Assembly (NCBI RefSeq): GCF_009914755.1
Contig: NC_060925.1
DNA: 64,000 bases
Source: the human T2T-CHM13v2.0 reference genome, Homo sapiens
Strand: one strand, 5' to 3'
Positions 58,969 through 64,000 of this stretch are shown here, piece by piece. The notes under the pieces were generated by a model that worked only from the letters and a program-made list of their open reading frames with translations, ran no database searches and was not told the origin of the DNA. Positions within the stretch are counted from its first letter, which is position 1, and the number at the start of each line of letters is the position of its first letter. The position numbers were made by a program, and so were the translations under genes.

Positions 58969-59445
58969 CTGAAAACTAAAGAATACCTTTGATACCAGTT
59001 TGTTTTGCCCTAAAAATATCTTTTTTTCCATCAAAGAATATTTGTTTCTTGAATGTAATTAATTGAGAGTTTGATATTTTTCTCTTAGCTCATGTTTATA
59101 TTCTACCACAAAATGGGCTGTGACCAAAATATTTGGTCAGTCTGAGTCACTGTGGCTCATGAGGTCAGTTACATAAGGCAAGGTCTAATATTTCCAAGTT
59201 TCTGTGTAGCCAGTCTACATGAGAATCAAATGATGAACCAGACCTCTCAGCCCTTTCTACTTCTACCATATTTATATGAACATGACAAAAATATAAAGAA
59301 TGGCGACATGCTTCTTTAAACAATTAGGCAGCATTTCAAGTGTTCAGAAATAATCCCAAAAATAATAGAACAGACTCCCCGGTTGCTACTACCCAGATGT
59401 AACACAGGATTTGAGGACTTTTAAATTCTTAAAAAATTAAGTGTA

Positions 59446-59745
59446 GGCCGGGAGTGGCAGCTTACACCTGTAATCCCAGCACTTTGGGAGGCCAAAGTGG
59501 GAGGATCACTTGAGCTCACAGGTTTGAGACCAGCCTGGGCAACCTACAAAACCCCATCTCTATAAAAAAATACAAAAATTAGCTGGGTGTGGTGGTGTGT
59601 GCCTGTAGTCCCAGCTACTCTGGAGGCTGAGGTGGGAGGATTACTTGAGCCTGGGAGGCAGAGTTGCAGTGAGTCGAGATGGAGCCACTGCACTCCAGCC
59701 TGGGTGACAGAGTGAGACTGTCTTAAAAAAAATAATAAATAAATA
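59446..59745 (+). mobile_element. AluJ-like
   Basis: Full Alu. Confidence 0.9.
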
Positions 59746-59849
59746 TAAAAGGTGAAAGGTGAAGGTGCTCACTCCCCATGTTATTCTTCCCTTCTTTCTT
59801 TCCTTAGAGATCATTGTTCCGAAGATAGCACATGTATCATGTGTCCATT

Positions 59850-60375
59850 GTTGTGTCAAAAAGTATGGCCCCTAAAACTCAGTGACTTAAAACAACAACC
59901 GCTTATTATTGCTTATAGTCCATAGGTCAGCTGGGTGGTTCTATCGACATGAGCTAGCCTAGGCTGATCTGAGCTGTGCTTGCCCCTTTGTCTGTGGTCA
60001 ATTGGCAGATCAACTGGGTGCTGGCTTGTCTTGGTATGGCCTTAATCATATGTCTGGCGGTTAGCTGATTGCAGACTGGGCAATGGGGTTGTCTGGGCCA
60101 TGCATTGCTCATCATTCAGCAGGCTAGCCCAGGCTTATTTACAAGGTAGCAGCAGGGTTCCTTGGAGGGAAAGTAGCATGGAGGAATGCAAGGCCTCTGG
60201 CAAAACATTCCATCTCCTGTGTTCTGTTGGTGAAAGCAAATCACAAAGACACCAGATTCAAGGAACGGGAAAATACACTTTGCTTTTTGATGTAAGGAGT
60301 AGTAAAGTCATATTGTAAGTGGGAGTAGGTTTCCAGGAGGGGTGGAAAATTGTGACCATTTTGTGATCTGCTGCA
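59850..60375 (-). mobile_element. MaLR LTR (MLT1F/G-like)
   Basis: AAAACTCAGTGACTTAAAACAAC...CAGCAGGCTAGCCCAGGCTT...AAAGCAAATCACA. Confidence 0.7.
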
Positions 60376-60549
60376 AAGCATATATATTTTTTCCATGTAT
60401 GTGTTTTACATTTTTAGTAGATGTGTTTATGTTTATAAATAATATTTTGTATTATTATAAAATTAGCATAATTTAATACCCTATTCAATATATGCTTTTG
60501 CACATTGTTTTAAAATTCACAATTACGTTTTTGAAATGTACTGTTTTGA

Positions 60550-61740
60550 TGAAATTCATCTCATGTAATATCTATACATTCTGTTGTTGATGAACATTTA
60601 AATTATTTCCCATTATTTTTTGCAATCACCAACAAGTTTGCAATGAGTATGCTTGTACACTATTTCATATGCATATATGACAGTTTCTCTAGATACACTA
60701 CTTAAAATGGACCTATTGTTCTAGGATACATACGTTTTCAACTTTATTGGATATTAATTGCCAAATTATTCTCCAAAGTAGTTTAGATGAGTTCACACAC
60801 CCCTCCAGGGTGTATAACAGCTTAATTTCCTCTATATCTTTATGAAGTATGCTTCACATTATCAGTCTTATTTTTATTTTGTAGAGCCAGTTGGAGAGTA
60901 TCATCATTTTAATTTCATGTTAATTGAATGAGATTGAACGTATTTTCATTTGTATACTGGCCTGATAAATTTCCTCTACTGTGAATTAATTGCTTGTTCA
61001 TATATTTCAACATTTAAATTTTATCTTGAATATTAAAAATATTTTCACTGAATTATTTATCTTTATAAATTGCTAGTGGTTTAAAAATACATAAATACTA
61101 GAAATGAGACATTATTGTGTACCATCTTTTAGATTGTGGTATATCTTTTAATTTGGTTTATTGTACTTTCTGTTATACACATACTTTAAAATATTAATAT
61201 AGCAAAATATGTCAGTATTTTTCTTTATAGTTTGTGCATTTTTGTCTTGTTTTTGAAAACATTCATAGCTGGATGTCATAAATATATTCCTATATTTTCT
61301 GCTAAAGGTTGAAAGTTTCTCTTTTTATGTTTAGTTCTTCAATCTCTCTAGAATTTATCTTGTATATGAAGTAAAATAGGGATCTAATTTTATCTTTTTA
61401 TCTTTTTTCAAATAGAAAGCCAGTTGTCCTGGCACAAGTTTTCAAATAGTTTTCCTTTCTCAATGATTTGTGATGCCAACATGCCATATCCCAAGTTTCT
61501 GTGTAGACATGAGTTTGTTTCTGGGCTCTTTGTTCCATTGGTCTATTTTTCCATCTCTGCACCATTGCTCTACCCATTTAATGGCTGTGGCTTTATAATA
61601 GGTTTTCTATCTGGTAGGGATAGTATTCTTCTTTATTCTCCTTCAAAATTTTATCGGCTTTTTCTGGCCCTTTGCTCTTTCACATTAAATTTAGAAGTAG
61701 TTTGTCAAGTTAAAGCATGAAAAATTCCATGCAAAAATTA
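60550..61740 (-). mobile_element. ancient L1M fragment
   Basis: Degenerate antisense L1 ORF2/3' motifs (GTTTCTGGGCTCTTTGTTCCATTGGTCTAT). Confidence 0.65.
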
Positions 61741-61749
61741 AAAAATAGA

Positions 61750-62645
61750 ACAAGGTAAAGGGGATTGAGAGGGAAGGGCGTCAGGTTATGGTATTAAATA
61801 GGGTAGTGTGGATAGGTTTCATTGAAAAGTTAAGATCTGAGCAAAGACTTGTAGGAGATAAAGAAATCAGCCAGTTTTCTGGTGACACGTCTTACAGGCA
61901 GAGGGAACAATCAGTATCAAGATTCTGAGGCAGATGGGATTGAGGAAGAGCAAGTAGGCCAGAGAGACTGAAGCAGCATGAACAAGGGGAGAGGCCAAGG
62001 AGCTGAGGTCAGAGTGCCTGTGGTCAGAGTCCAGTAAGCCATGGTAGGGATGTCGGCTTTTGTTCTGTGTGAGATGGGAAGTCATTGCAGGGTTTTGAAT
62101 AAAGTTGTGCTGTGGTCTGACTCAAGTTTTAAAAGAATCACTCTGGCTCCCATGTTAAGAATTGAGTGTAGGGAGTAAGAAGAGGACCAGTAATGTGGCT
62201 ATTGCGATAAACCAGGGGAGGGAAGTGGTGGCTTGACCTGGGTGGCAGCAGTGTAGATGTGAAAAGTGGCTGGATTCTGGATATATTTCACAAGTCGAGT
62301 CAATAGGATTTCTGATGGATTGTTGTAGGAGTGGGGAGGAGAGCGGAGTCAAGGATTACTCCAAGGGTTTTATGAGCAACTGGAATATAGTGTTGCTATT
62401 AGCTGGTTTAGGGAAGACTGTGGGAGGAACAGTTTTAGGTAAAGATCAAAACTTGGTTCTGAGCATGCTAAGTTTGCAATACCTATCAGACATCTAAGAG
62501 ATGAATCTGGAGTTTAGGGGAGAGGGGCAGGGTGGGGCTATAGATTTGGGAGTCATTAGCTTATATACCTGGTATTTAAAATGTGGAGACCAGATGAGAT
62601 AATCTAGGGAGTGAGTATAAAGAAAAGTGGTCCAAAGACTAAGCT
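61750..62645 (-). mobile_element. LINE-2 fragment (resumes at about 63500-63600)
   Basis: GATGGGAAGTCATTGCAGGGTTTTGA...AAAAGAATCACTCTGGCT...AAGTGGCTGGATTCTGGATATATTT. Confidence 0.75.
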
Positions 62646-62654
62646 CCTTCGTAA

Positions 62655-63372
<718 letters not shown>

Positions 63373-63458
63373 GCTTTCTGGAAATGTTATAAAACAAGTG
63401 AAGTTTGTGGTATATAAATTATCCCTCGAGTTAACAGCCTCGGCCGTTTACAAAAAAA

Positions 63459-63459
<1 letters not shown>

Positions 63460-63490
<31 letters not shown>
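63460..63490. repeat. (CA)n microsatellite
   Basis: Visible CA run. Confidence 0.95.
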
Positions 63491-63492
<2 letters not shown>

Positions 63493-64000
63493 CGGAAAAA
63501 GGAGGCAAAGAGATGGGGAGTAACTAGTGAAGGATCTGTGAGAAGGAGTGGCCAGAGTAAAAGGAATAAAACAGGAAATTGTGGGGTCCTGGCAAACAAC
63601 TCAGTATAATTCTCATTTTTTGTTTGTCCTTCATTGTATTATTTCTCTACTATATTTTTCCCAGCTAGAAGTTGGATTGAAGAAATTAAAAAGTGTGTTA
63701 CTTTCATTTTCTTGAATATGTTCTTAATCCTGGTTAACATCCTTGTTCAGACTGCTTTTCTTTTCTCTCTTTATTTAGCGAGCAAATAACTTTGAAGTTT
63801 TATGAGACAGGATTATCTCAGTCTAAACAAAACTGGTTAGTATTGGAGAAAAGAAGGAGTAATGAGAAGGGGAAAAGGTGACTTTGAATGAAGAATCTTT
63901 GCTAAGATGAGCTCTGCAGGTACAGAAACAATAGAGGATGGAGTCATTGTGCATCTCTTCGCTCTCCTACACACCCAGTCGTGATGTGTGCCCTTGTAAG

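Noticed and set aside
63425-63450. Cluster of 6-bp palindromes (CTCGAG, GTTAAC, CGGCCG) suggesting a polylinker
   Set aside because: Too short, with no vector context; it adjoins an L1M-like end and a (CA)n repeat.

Overview
Human genomic DNA: an AluYb8 at 62884-63206 belongs to a human-lineage subfamily. The window is AT-rich, CpG-depleted and repeat-rich. It holds about 30 Alu/FLAM/FAM copies, a full-length minus-strand L1PA3/4-type LINE-1 with an intact 338-aa ORF1 and a broken ORF2 (37479-43642), an older plus-strand L1PA15/16-L1PB-type element carrying nested insertions (about 17200-23875), several ERV1/MaLR solo LTRs, Tigger/hAT MITEs, and L2/MIR relics. I recognise no intact host protein-coding gene. 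The main unexplained signal is a chain of about 16 small minus-strand segments in non-repeat DNA (58968 down to 6656), most bounded by canonical AG/GT splice signals. They join largely phase-consistently into a roughly 400-codon reading with an ATG, two or more hydrophobic stretches and a clean terminal exon, interrupted by about 7 stops (5 of them TGA) and at least one frameshift. This looks like a decayed multi-exon gene (candidate unitary pseudogene) that I cannot assign to a family. A possible terminal exon of a convergent plus-strand gene starts at 1989. Repeat subfamily names come from remembered consensus features, not from a RepeatMasker run.
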